DNA from: Sanchytrium tribonematis | Lineage: Eukaryota | Direction of reading: 5' to 3' | Assembly: GCA_018985235.1 (NCBI GenBank) | Contig: JADGIG010000006.1 | Span: 47,687 to 67,686, forward strand | Length of the DNA stretch: 20,000 bases | Part shown: positions 1-8,618 of the stretch, one piece after another | Position numbering within the stretch: the stretch's first letter is position 1 | How the letters are laid out: every line of letters starts with the position of its first letter | Translations under genes and position numbers: made by a program | The notes under the pieces: generated by a model | The model's input: the letters and a program-made list of their open reading frames with translations, nothing else | What the model was told of the DNA's origin: nothing | Databases searched by the model: none

Positions 1-105
1 CATGCCAATCTATGTTATCCAATCGTTATCATTGTGGGGTAATATCTCGTGATAGCGGGGCAAATAAATTTAACTGTCTCCCATCCCCATAATTGTGTAC
101 TTCTG

Positions 106-1287
106 ATGGCTTCAAACGTAATGTTAATGCTATATTTGCTAAGTTTAGTTAGTGCTCAAGATTATTATCAACCGGATTTAAAAGTACTACAGAGTGTTAA
201 CAATGCCATGAAATCAGATCCAGATTTTAAAGTGAGAATAGAAAATGCTCACATTGATCCGCTCGCATTTAACCATTATACATTCATAGAAGGAACCAAA
301 GATTGGCCTGCATGTAATACAGATGAGAATCCTCGAGAAAAGAAAACTCCAATTTTTTTGATTGTGCAGCCAAATGATGTGGTCGATCTTTCCAAACTAT
401 TTACCAAAGATGCTGATACATGGGCAGATGAATTTGAAAATTCATTAAAGAGTTTCAGATGGAGAGGTGATGATCAAGTGAAACACATTTGTGGTGAAGG
501 TAAAGAGGGCAGCGCTGAATCATATACGAATATATTTAATAAGGAAATGATGCCAATCACATTGAATGTCAATAACGATGAGTGGAAGAATGATAGAATG
601 AACCTCAATTTTGTCTTGGATGTTGACGAAACTTTAGTACATCGAAGATATGATCCCGAAATTAATGTATGGAATGCAAATGCACAATACACGAAAGACA
701 ATCCTCATGTCACTGTGAAAGATGACTTTTTAGGATGCACTTGGGTGACTTTTATGAACCCAGAAAAGCAATTGCAGACTATATGTACCACTTTAAGAGA
801 AGGAGCTCATGAAATGATTAAAGAATTAGATAAGAAGGTTTTTTTGTATGTGTGGACGATGAGTAACAGAGACAGAACTGAAAAAGTCTTGGGTCACTTT
901 GATCTTAGGAAATATTTTCATGATTTAATCACTCACGAAAATTTGACTCCAAATCCCAAACTTCCAGAGATTCAGATGAAAGCTATACAGAAGCTTTTTA
1001 CCTTGGAAAAATTTAATTTTCAAAATACTTTTCATGTTGATGACAGAACTGGGCCATTTATTTTAAACCAATTGAATGGAATCCGAGTTGGACAATATCT
1101 GGGCTCTATATACGATACACAGCTATTGCAATTAAAGCAGGTGTTCAAGTGGATGATTTTATGCTTTGATATTACGCTTGATATTCAAAAGTGTATTGCT
1201 CATATGAAAGTGAGATTGCCCGGTGTATTTGATGGTTACAATCCCAAAGAGAATGCTTTTGAAAAAGCACACGAACCCAAACAATAA
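106..1287 (+). CDS. FCP1/SCP (NIF)-family HAD phosphatase with N-terminal hydrophobic signal-peptide-like leader
   Basis: Motif I VLDVDETLVH (DxDxT), 'LREGAHEMIKEL', motif II VWTMS, motif IV FHVDDR. The track start at 49 is GTG; in-frame ATGs lie at 106, 121 and 127 (MLYLLSLVSA-QD). True start uncertain. Confidence 0.8.
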   Translation: MASNVMLMLYLLSLVSAQDYYQPDLKVLQSVNNAMKSDPDFKVRIENAHIDPLAFNHYTFIEGTKDWPACNTDENPREKKTPIFLIVQPNDVVDLSKLFTKDADTWADEFENSLKSFRWRGDDQVKHICGEGKEGSAESYTNIFNKEMMPITLNVNNDEWKNDRMNLNFVLDVDETLVHRRYDPEINVWNANAQYTKDNPHVTVKDDFLGCTWVTFMNPEKQLQTICTTLREGAHEMIKELDKKVFLYVWTMSNRDRTEKVLGHFDLRKYFHDLITHENLTPNPKLPEIQMKAIQKLFTLEKFNFQNTFHVDDRTGPFILNQLNGIRVGQYLGSIYDTQLLQLKQVFKWMILCFDITLDIQKCIAHMKVRLPGVFDGYNPKENAFEKAHEPKQ

Positions 1288-1647
1288 AATATTAATTGAT
1301 TTATTCGAAAAGGAGCAGTCTACATGAGAGAAAAAAGTTCATCGCAAAAAAAGCATCAGGATAAAAGTGAATTCTCTGAACTGAGTCAACACTGAAATTA
1401 TCAGCATGGTGCATTTATAGTCTTGACAATTACTTACCTTGATATGATTATATAGACTTGTACAGTTTCGACAACATATGAGACTTAAATTTTAGTTCAA
1501 AAATCTAAATTAGAAAAGTGGATAAGGAAACCATATGTCATTCATTGATCAGTGTGGTGGTGCGTTTTCGTCCTTTCCAAAATACTTACGAATTTAATAG
1601 TTCTTCTTTGCTTTGACAATCAAGGGCAAAATTATGAAAGGGATATT

Positions 1648-1660
1648 TTCACGTGTTTTC
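1648..1660 (+). promoter_or_regulatory. E-box-containing motif TTCACGTGTTTTC upstream of GAR1
   Basis: Identical 13-mer, in the same gene-relative orientation, occurs upstream of RPS19. Confidence 0.4.
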
Positions 1661-1932
1661 ATTCACAACACCTTGAAACATTTGTCCTGAATATTTTAGG
1701 TAAGTTCTTTGCGCAGACGATTAACCCAGCTCTTTGATGACTGACAGTATTTAAAGGTTAAGTGGCTGAGTAACTTTTTAATGTAGGTAAAACTATTATA
1801 ATAATAATTTGACAAGCATATGTAATAGGCCACTAATTTTGAAATGATATTTAGAATTCTACCAAAATAAAAGTCTTTTTATACTTTACTTCTTTAAAAT
1901 TGACAACTAATTCCCTGTAAAATTAAAGGGTC

Positions 1933-2490
1933 ATGCGAGGAGGAAATTCTTTTGGTCAAAGAGGCGGCAACAGAGGTTTTTCTAGAGGCGGCAGAGGTGG
2001 ATCTAGAGGAGGACGTGGCGGAAGACAATCCTTTGATAGATTTCAAGGCAATCCAATGCAGCCTGACAATATTGAAAAATTAGGATCTGTATCACACACT
2101 TGTGAAGGACAACTGATTGTCAAATCAGAGAATGTTAGAATCCCATATTTTAATGCATTTGTATTTACATCTACCAAGCAAGCTATGGGCAAAGTTGATG
2201 AGATATTGGGCCCGATTAATCAGGTACTACTTAGCGTTACTCTTCAAGATGGTTTTGTAGCTACATCTTTTAAAAAAGGGGACGAAGTCTATATTTCCGA
2301 TGACAAATTATTGCCATTAGAAAGGTTTTTACCAAAACCGAAGGAGATTAAGCAAAAGTCTGCTGGTGGCCGTGGTAGAGGTCGAGGCCAAAGAGGTGGT
2401 CGTGGTCGCGGCGGTCCTAGAGGGTTCTCTAGAGGCGGAAATCGCGGATTTTCTAGAGGTGGCAGAGGTAATGGAAGAGGTCGATATTAA
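1933..2490 (+). CDS. GAR1: H/ACA snoRNP subunit Gar1
   Basis: RGG-rich N- and C-termini flank the core 'IPYFNAFVF...GKVDEILGPIN...KLLPLERFLPKP'. Confidence 0.97.
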   Translation: MRGGNSFGQRGGNRGFSRGGRGGSRGGRGGRQSFDRFQGNPMQPDNIEKLGSVSHTCEGQLIVKSENVRIPYFNAFVFTSTKQAMGKVDEILGPINQVLLSVTLQDGFVATSFKKGDEVYISDDKLLPLERFLPKPKEIKQKSAGGRGRGRGQRGGRGRGGPRGFSRGGNRGFSRGGRGNGRGRY

Positions 2491-2535
2491 GCACAATAAA
2501 ATATTAAATTCTAGTTTCATTACTCCTTCATTTTA

Positions 2536-3180
2536 ATGCATCGTTCTGCAATATATTCATTATTAAGAGAGGCAGTTCAGGCAGAAAATTTGGCATTTGT
2601 TAATTTAAAGCAGCGCCTACCTATATACACAGAATCACGGAATATCTTGATTGACATTCAGAGCGTGAAAAATCAAGAAAAGTATTATCTTGGATATTTG
2701 GATGGGATTGCGGATATGCAGGAAATTTATATAGATCAACTTCGCAAACTGAACCCAGATTTTGAAAAGTCGAAAAGTAACGCCTCGGCTCCAATGAATT
2801 ATATACCAACTTATGAACAAACTGCTGAGATATTGAGAAATTATGATAAGCAGAAGAATCGTACCTTCTTGATCGGAACTTCAATGATTGCACTCGCGAT
2901 CCTTTTCTCTATATATGATCGAGAGTTCTTATTTAATTATTTTAAAGATAATTCCAGTGCCGAAAAGTCTTTAAAAATTTTCACAGGGGCCTCTGCCTTA
3001 GGAATAGGATTCATTGGGATTCGTTTTCGATATCTAAGATTCTCTTGTGATAGAAAATGTAGAGCAGTTTTAAGAGAAGCAAATGTCAAGGCAGAAAATC
3101 ACCTTAAATTTTTGGTTTCCAATTCAAAGGCTCAAATGATGAGGATGGTTGTATTTAAAGAAATAGAAGTAAAAAATTAA
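2536..3180 (+). CDS. Hypothetical protein with two predicted transmembrane segments
   Basis: 214-aa ATG ORF filling the space between GAR1 and RPS19; hydrophobic stretches FLIGTSMIALAILFSIY and IFTGASALGIGFIGI; no family recognised. Confidence 0.65.
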   Translation: MHRSAIYSLLREAVQAENLAFVNLKQRLPIYTESRNILIDIQSVKNQEKYYLGYLDGIADMQEIYIDQLRKLNPDFEKSKSNASAPMNYIPTYEQTAEILRNYDKQKNRTFLIGTSMIALAILFSIYDREFLFNYFKDNSSAEKSLKIFTGASALGIGFIGIRFRYLRFSCDRKCRAVLREANVKAENHLKFLVSNSKAQMMRMVVFKEIEVKN

Positions 3181-3195
3181 ATTTCAATCAGAAAT

Positions 3196-3633
3196 TTATT
3201 GTTTTGCAACTTTAGTAAGACTTGTAGCAATAGTGTCCGCTTCCTTTTGTCCTAGCTTGGTAATTCGACGTCCGTTATCAGTAATATTAACATATCCAAG
3301 TTTTTGTAACCCTTGAAGAGCTTTTCTGATGATACCTGTAGATGCTTTAAGATGCTTGCTAGGACGACTTCCTCTTCTGAATTTTGCACCATAATAGTCT
3401 GAGAGTCTTCCAACCCCTGCGGAAGTTCTTGATCTACGATGTACATATAGTTGACGGATGATGGATGCAACTCTAACATAATACCAATCTGGATTAGAAG
3501 GTGGTAATTCTTTGCTTAAACTAGTTTTGACAATGTCAACCCATGATGGAATTTCTAATTTGTTTTGTTTCTTTAAATGTTGTGCGAATGCATTAATAAA
3601 TTTGTCGGCTGCAACGTCGTTGACAGAAACCAT
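3196..3633 (-). CDS. RPS19: 40S ribosomal protein S19 (eS19)
   Basis: 'SVNDVAADKFINAFAQHLKKQ..P.WVDIVKT...KELPP.NPDWYYVR.AS..R', 'GRRIT..GQK'. Confidence 0.98.
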   Translation of the reverse strand: MVSVNDVAADKFINAFAQHLKKQNKLEIPSWVDIVKTSLSKELPPSNPDWYYVRVASIIRQLYVHRRSRTSAGVGRLSDYYGAKFRRGSRPSKHLKASTGIIRKALQGLQKLGYVNITDNGRRITKLGQKEADTIATSLTKVAKQ

Positions 3634-3668
3634 GTTGAATATAACTTACAATTCCGAGATAAAGATTT

Positions 3669-3681
3669 GAAAACACGTGAA
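3669..3681 (-). promoter_or_regulatory. E-box-containing motif TTCACGTGTTTTC 35 bp upstream of RPS19
   Basis: Shared with the GAR1 and RPS12 upstream regions. Confidence 0.5.
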
Positions 3682-4100
3682 TACCTACTGAAACAAATCA
3701 CCCATTCTCATAATTTTAGAAAGTCTCTTTTAAAGAATTTAGCGGCAAAGTAAAGTAGTTGGTGTAATATAAACGAAGCTACTGAAGCACATCGAGAGGT
3801 TTGTCAATCAATTGGCAGTCAGTTTATTTACTCCGAAAAATTAAAATTTGGAATTTCTGACAAAGTTGGAATTATATTCAGGTCAAAGCAATGATTCTAT
3901 GAACTAGTCGTAAGATACAAACGACAGGGAATTGTTTAGGGAGCTATAAAATTTTATCAGATGACAATAAGCTGGATCATCTTTTTATATTAAGTCAGAT
4001 AATCCGTGTGCAAGGCCTCAATTCTATTAAAACGGAAAATAGGACCTGTAAATTGTCAATCAATAAATCACATCATTTTGAAACCCCTAAAACAGACTTC

Positions 4101-4640
4101 ATGAGCACACCTTTAGCAAGACAACAATTTTCTCCACAGTTAGAAACAGCTATCAATAAGCACCTTAAGTTAGAATTGAACGCGTCGTCAGCATATATGG
4201 CAATGAGTTTATACTGCCAAAGGGACTCCGTTGCTTTAGATGGATTGGCTGAATATTTTAAGAAGCAAGCTATTGAAGAACGAGAGCACATGATGGAATT
4301 GGCCGAGTATATTGTCAAAAGAGGAGGCGTTGCAATTGTCCCTCATGTTGATCAACCGGTTCATGTATTCAACAAGGCACAATCTATTGACGGAAATGAC
4401 GCTAAATTTTTGGTTGAGACGGCATTGGAGTTGGAAAAACTTGTTAACCAAGCTTTATTAGACGTTCATAAGGTTGGTGAAACTGATCCACAGTTTCAAG
4501 ATTTTTTGGAAGGCAAATTTCTTTTGGAGCAAGTGGAGTCCATCAAAGAGTTAGCCAACTATGTTTCTCAGCTGAATAAGGTTGGTGACGGCTTAGGTGC
4601 CCACTTGTGGGACCAAGAACTTTTGAGAAAGTTTAAGTAA
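4101..4640 (+). CDS. Ferritin (H-type, ferroxidase centre intact)
   Basis: First ATG at 4101 (track start 4008 is GTG). ARQQF, ELNASSAY, EEREH, KRGG, ALELEK, DPQFQDFLE, LEQVESIKEL match eukaryotic ferritin, including equivalents of human H-chain E27/Y34/E61/E62/H65/E107/Q141. Confidence 0.96.
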   Translation: MSTPLARQQFSPQLETAINKHLKLELNASSAYMAMSLYCQRDSVALDGLAEYFKKQAIEEREHMMELAEYIVKRGGVAIVPHVDQPVHVFNKAQSIDGNDAKFLVETALELEKLVNQALLDVHKVGETDPQFQDFLEGKFLLEQVESIKELANYVSQLNKVGDGLGAHLWDQELLRKFK

Positions 4641-4689
4641 TAAATGATTTAAGTAAAAACAAAATTTACTGGAAATTGTTTATTTTTGG

Positions 4690-5180
<491 letters not shown>

Positions 5181-5371
5181 TTATTGTTTCGAGCGGAGTG
5201 AATTCTGGAAGAAAAAAGAGAAACATTATCAATTATTGTGTCAGATATTACTGCTTTTGTTTTTTAAACTGAATTAGCATGCAACTTTTGCTGTTAACAA
5301 AAAAGTGAGTTACGTCAGTAAAACACTGCAACACTAAACAGCAAACTTAAAAGGCAGACGAATTTTATTAT

Positions 5372-5728
5372 TTAAGCAATGTCGTCTGGGACCTTAATGG
5401 GTTGCGCATCGAGATGAATTGAATCTTTTTTCATAAGTGCAAACATCGAGACACATTTCAAAATCAGTAAGGTTATTGTCATAAACATGCCAAACCCACT
5501 TGCCATTTGAAAAATCAGATATAAAATATCTAGCGGACATGTGATAACCAGTAGGGCTCCGCTCAACGAATAGTAATCTTTAAATGTTAAATAATAAAAT
5601 AATAACACCGGCAAATTGTAGCTTGGGAAACTAGAGTGTAGGCCACCTATCAATGAGCATCCTATCAAGGTATAGAGTATGGTTTGTTTGTCAATAGATT
5701 CAATATGATTCTGCATTTGACTCTGCAT
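5372..5728 (-). CDS. Small multi-pass membrane protein, possibly AGTRAP-like
   Basis: 118 aa with 3-4 hydrophobic segments. The pattern 'SYNLP..L...LDILYL...F.MFMTI.LLILK' resembles the AGTRAP family from memory; family call tentative. Confidence 0.6.
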   Translation of the reverse strand: MQSQMQNHIESIDKQTILYTLIGCSLIGGLHSSFPSYNLPVLLFYYLTFKDYYSLSGALLVITCPLDILYLIFQMASGFGMFMTITLLILKCVSMFALMKKDSIHLDAQPIKVPDDIA

Positions 5729-5770
5729 GTGTCGAAAAATATTGGGGAAAAAGAAACAAGACCAGATTAT

Positions 5771-6136
5771 TTATTTGAATTGGTCAATGATGAATTGAGA
5801 TGCTTCAGTCTCTGCTCCCCATTTCTTAACAACAACGCACGAAGCTCTAACGACTTTTCTAGCATTTCCCTCACGGTCGTATTTGCACAAACCAGCCATT
5901 TCTCCTAATTTTTTGCCTTCAGGATATTTGACCATTCTGATTTGACCTTCCGTACATAGTGCTTCAATTAGTTGAGCGTACTCTTTGCTGTCACATTCTT
6001 CACTTAATACGCACAAAACTGCTTGACGTCTGTCCAATGCTTTGACACATTCTCTTAGTCCTCTTGCTAACCCATCATGGTACAATGCGGTTCTTAAAAC
6101 TGTTTGTAACGCTAATTCGATATCCATACCCGTCAT
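5771..6136 (-). CDS. RPS12: 40S ribosomal protein S12 (eS12)
   Basis: '[24 protein letters not shown]', '[29 protein letters not shown]'. Confidence 0.98.
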   Translation of the reverse strand: MTGMDIELALQTVLRTALYHDGLARGLRECVKALDRRQAVLCVLSEECDSKEYAQLIEALCTEGQIRMVKYPEGKKLGEMAGLCKYDREGNARKVVRASCVVVKKWGAETEASQFIIDQFK

Positions 6137-6193
6137 TACGATTTTTCACGCTCCTGGTTAATATTTATTCGTATTTGCAAAACTTTTTGATTC

Positions 6194-6204
6194 ACACGTG
6201 AAAA
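6194..6204 (-). promoter_or_regulatory. E-box-containing motif TTTTCACGTGT 57 bp upstream of RPS12
   Basis: 11-mer identical to the GAR1 upstream copy; core shared with RPS19. Confidence 0.5.
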
Positions 6205-6816
6205 GTTTTCGAAACTGATATCCGAAGAGACTCCTTTATTTAAATATAATGAAAAAATTAATTGCCCACAGATTATCTATCACTTACAATTACGCTTGTC
6301 AGTTTTCATAAGTCATTAGATTTTGATTTTCTTATCACAAACTATAAACTATTTTTTGACTTCGAATTTTGGCCATTTGGGTCATCGGATAATCACTACT
6401 AATGTCAAAGGATTGATTTTGCTCTAGCCAAGTAGATTGATAATCTACAGATATAATTTTACATTACATTCCCAATGTTTAGCCTGCAAAACCAAGACGC
6501 AAAATTAATCGAAACATACGCATTACACACTTTTGCACTAATATTGATAGAATTACAGTTATCCTAGATTAACATAATTTTGTTCGACTTGACATGTGCA
6601 TCGGATCTAAAGAAATGCTGCAAAATAATTTGATGAAGTGGTCCAATTAGATCAGTTACATATGGCGATTGTGTGAGTCGTCACTCGCATTTCGTCGTGT
6701 TTGAAACCAATTGTATTAGCCAACTTAATTTTGCCCAATCACTGAACCATCTAAGGACGTTGATGACGAGTTCCCTACTTTATAACATCCTCACACCCGC
6801 ACTATAGAGGTATAAT

Positions 6817-7131
6817 ATGATGTTATCCCAATTGTTAAATATCGCGTTTGATCCAAGTACAATAGATTCTGACGAATTAGCATTCACAATATGCCAGACA
6901 TTCAATATTGCTAGGATAAATGACAAGGATATATGCCGCTTGATAAATTTGTATGTAAGTGTACTGAGCAAGCACCAATTTGGTTCTTCTTTCGAATCTT
7001 TTTCCTTTATTATAGGATTATTGATATTATACAAAGTTCGACCCATTCATTATTTGTCATGGAACACTGGAATCTGTATTGAAGATTTGAATACCTTCTC
7101 GGAAATAGCAAATTGTTTAATGAAGAAATAA
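6817..7131 (+). CDS. Hypothetical 104-aa protein
   Basis: ATG ORF ending in AAA-TAA-A (stop fused to AATAAA like the real genes here), converging on the next gene with a 13-bp gap. Faint resemblance to a cyclin-box helix pattern (GLLILYK...W.TGI..EDLN..E). Confidence 0.45.
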   Translation: MMLSQLLNIAFDPSTIDSDELAFTICQTFNIARINDKDICRLINLYVSVLSKHQFGSSFESFSFIIGLLILYKVRPIHYLSWNTGICIEDLNTFSEIANCLMKK

Positions 7132-7144
7132 AATAAAGATTTAA

Positions 7145-7733
7145 TTACAATTCTTCTTTTCTCATTTCACGTCGTTTTAATTCTCTTTCAACGAATCGAT
7201 CTTTCATGTCATCATAACGTTCAGAAACTCTTTCCTTGACACGATCTTCCATTCCTTTCAATTGGTCGTCTAATTTTGTCATCATATCAGGTGTGATTGT
7301 TTTCTTTTGAACTGGTTTTTCTGGTCCTTCACCTCGATTGTACTTTGCATATCGATCAATTCCTAAATAAGTTAAAAATACCGCTCATGTCTTCGTACAA
7401 GCGGTGGAACATATCGTGTGCCATACCTGTTGCAAAATCACTCATGTATTCATCAAATTGACGACGAGTGTCAGGATGGTCAAAATCGATTTCAGTGTCA
7501 CTGACTTGTCTCTTTTTCTTTGGCTCTCTTTTAACAATTCTTGGGTCGGCTTCAGGTCCCATTTGGTCGAAACTTCGCTTATGTAAATAATTTAAATGAT
7601 CCTCAACGGATTTCATTGATCTTTCGTATAAACGCTTATATTTAGGGTGAACTGTAGGATCGTCCATGACTTCCCGCTTCTGAATGTGTCCTGGTCTAGC
7701 AAAAATCAAAGTTAACAAAATTAATTGAAGCAT
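7145..7733 (-). CDS. Secretory-pathway orphan protein, 2 exons (7733-7382, 7362-7145), 189 aa, ending in KEEL
   Basis: ATG at 7733 (track start 7742 is TTG) with signal-like MLQLILLTLIFA. Splicing a 19-nt intron opens a second exon (G)IDRYAKYNRGEGPEKPVQKK...ERELKRREMRKEEL*. Confidence 0.8.
7363..7381 (-). other. 19-nt spliceosomal intron (phase 1)
   Basis: GTATTTTTAACTTATTTAG; matches the consensus of the other introns and joins to a 72-codon open exon. Confidence 0.85.
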
Positions 7734-7965
7734 TTGTAACAAATAAGCGACGAAAAGTCTTTTTATTTAATGGCGTCTGTGACGTCACCGTTTTTCTTTA
7801 GAAGCCTTGCCTAACATAAGACGATCTTTAAATACAGAGGTTGGAACATCGAAAACTTCAAGCTCGGCCATTTATAGATCACAAAAATTGACCAAGGCTT
7901 GAAATAAGTCTAAATTAATTATTGCAAACACGATTTTTTCATAAAAAGACTTTTTATTGCGAGTA

Positions 7966-8578
7966 TTATTCTTTTCCAGCCCAGTCTTTCTTAATAGCAA
8001 AGCACCACTCAAAATCAAGATGGGTGACTTGATCGTCATCAATAAAACTAAATGAGTTTGATTTACCGAGATCGGACGTTGTATGTACCACGCGCTAGAG
8101 CTCCACTAGGTGCCTCTTCTGGTTGAAATTTCTTTTCATAAGGAGTTGGGTTTGGCCCGTAGCTTCCAAGCATTTCCTCTGCCTTATCAACTTTTATTCC
8201 ATTACGCTTGACAACATGAAGGTATTTGAGTCCGGAAACGACATCGTTTTGGACCTGGAACTTAATTTTGAGCTTGTATTCAATGCCTTCTTTGATAATC
8301 ATAGGGTTCTTTTTATATTCTTCCAATTTGGTGGTATCTTGCAAATTTAAAACGACATCAGATCGCTCGGCAACTTCCATAGCTAATTCTAGCGGAATAA
8401 CTTTTTTGCCTCCTTTTGGAACAGCACCAGTGGCCACACCAAGGCTTTCTTTCCACTTTCTCAAACTCTCATCCTCAGCGTCAAGATTTTGAAGTTCTTC
8501 TAGAGTCTTTTTGGCTGGTGCCTTGTAGTTAACGTCATTGGTTACAGCTAGATCATCGTCCTGAGGTTGAGTAGACAT
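7966..8578 (-). CDS. RDI1: Rho GDP-dissociation inhibitor, 2 exons (8578-8067, 8047-7966), 197 aa
   Basis: 'LDAEDESLRKWKESLG', 'IKEGIEY', 'VVSGLKY', 'MLGSYGP', 'EEAPSGALARGTY'; after splicing, 'SRFIDDDQVTHLDFEWCFAIKKDW'. Confidence 0.97.
8048..8066 (-). other. 19-nt spliceosomal intron (RhoGDI, phase 2)
   Basis: GTAAATCAAACTCATTTAG; removal restores the conserved F.DDD...HL.FEW.F.IKKDW terminus. Confidence 0.95.
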
Positions 8579-8618
8579 GTTATTGCAAGCAATGTTTCAA
8601 AAAAGTACTAAAAACTTT

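Noticed and set aside
1431..1500. ACTTACCT resembling the U1 snRNA 5' end
   Set aside because: No recognisable U1-70K loop (GAUCANGAAG), U1A loop or cloverleaf follows; an 8-mer match is expected by chance.
1552..1737. 61-aa ORF in the spacer before GAR1
   Set aside because: GTG start, short, no motif; no consensus 19-nt intron found to extend it.
1960..2480. Repeated TCTAGAGG / GGCAGAGG units
   Set aside because: Simply encode the RGG/FSRGG repeats of Gar1; not a DNA repeat element or CRISPR array.
3151..3169. 19-nt GT..AG segment (GTATTTAAAGAAATAGAAG) near the end of the 2536-3180 ORF
   Set aside because: Does not fit the T12/A14/T15/TAG consensus, and the ORF is complete without splicing.
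4000..4100. Iron-responsive element upstream of ferritin
   Set aside because: No CAGUGN-loop hairpin is present; the GTG-started 31-codon extension in the ORF track is also unsupported.
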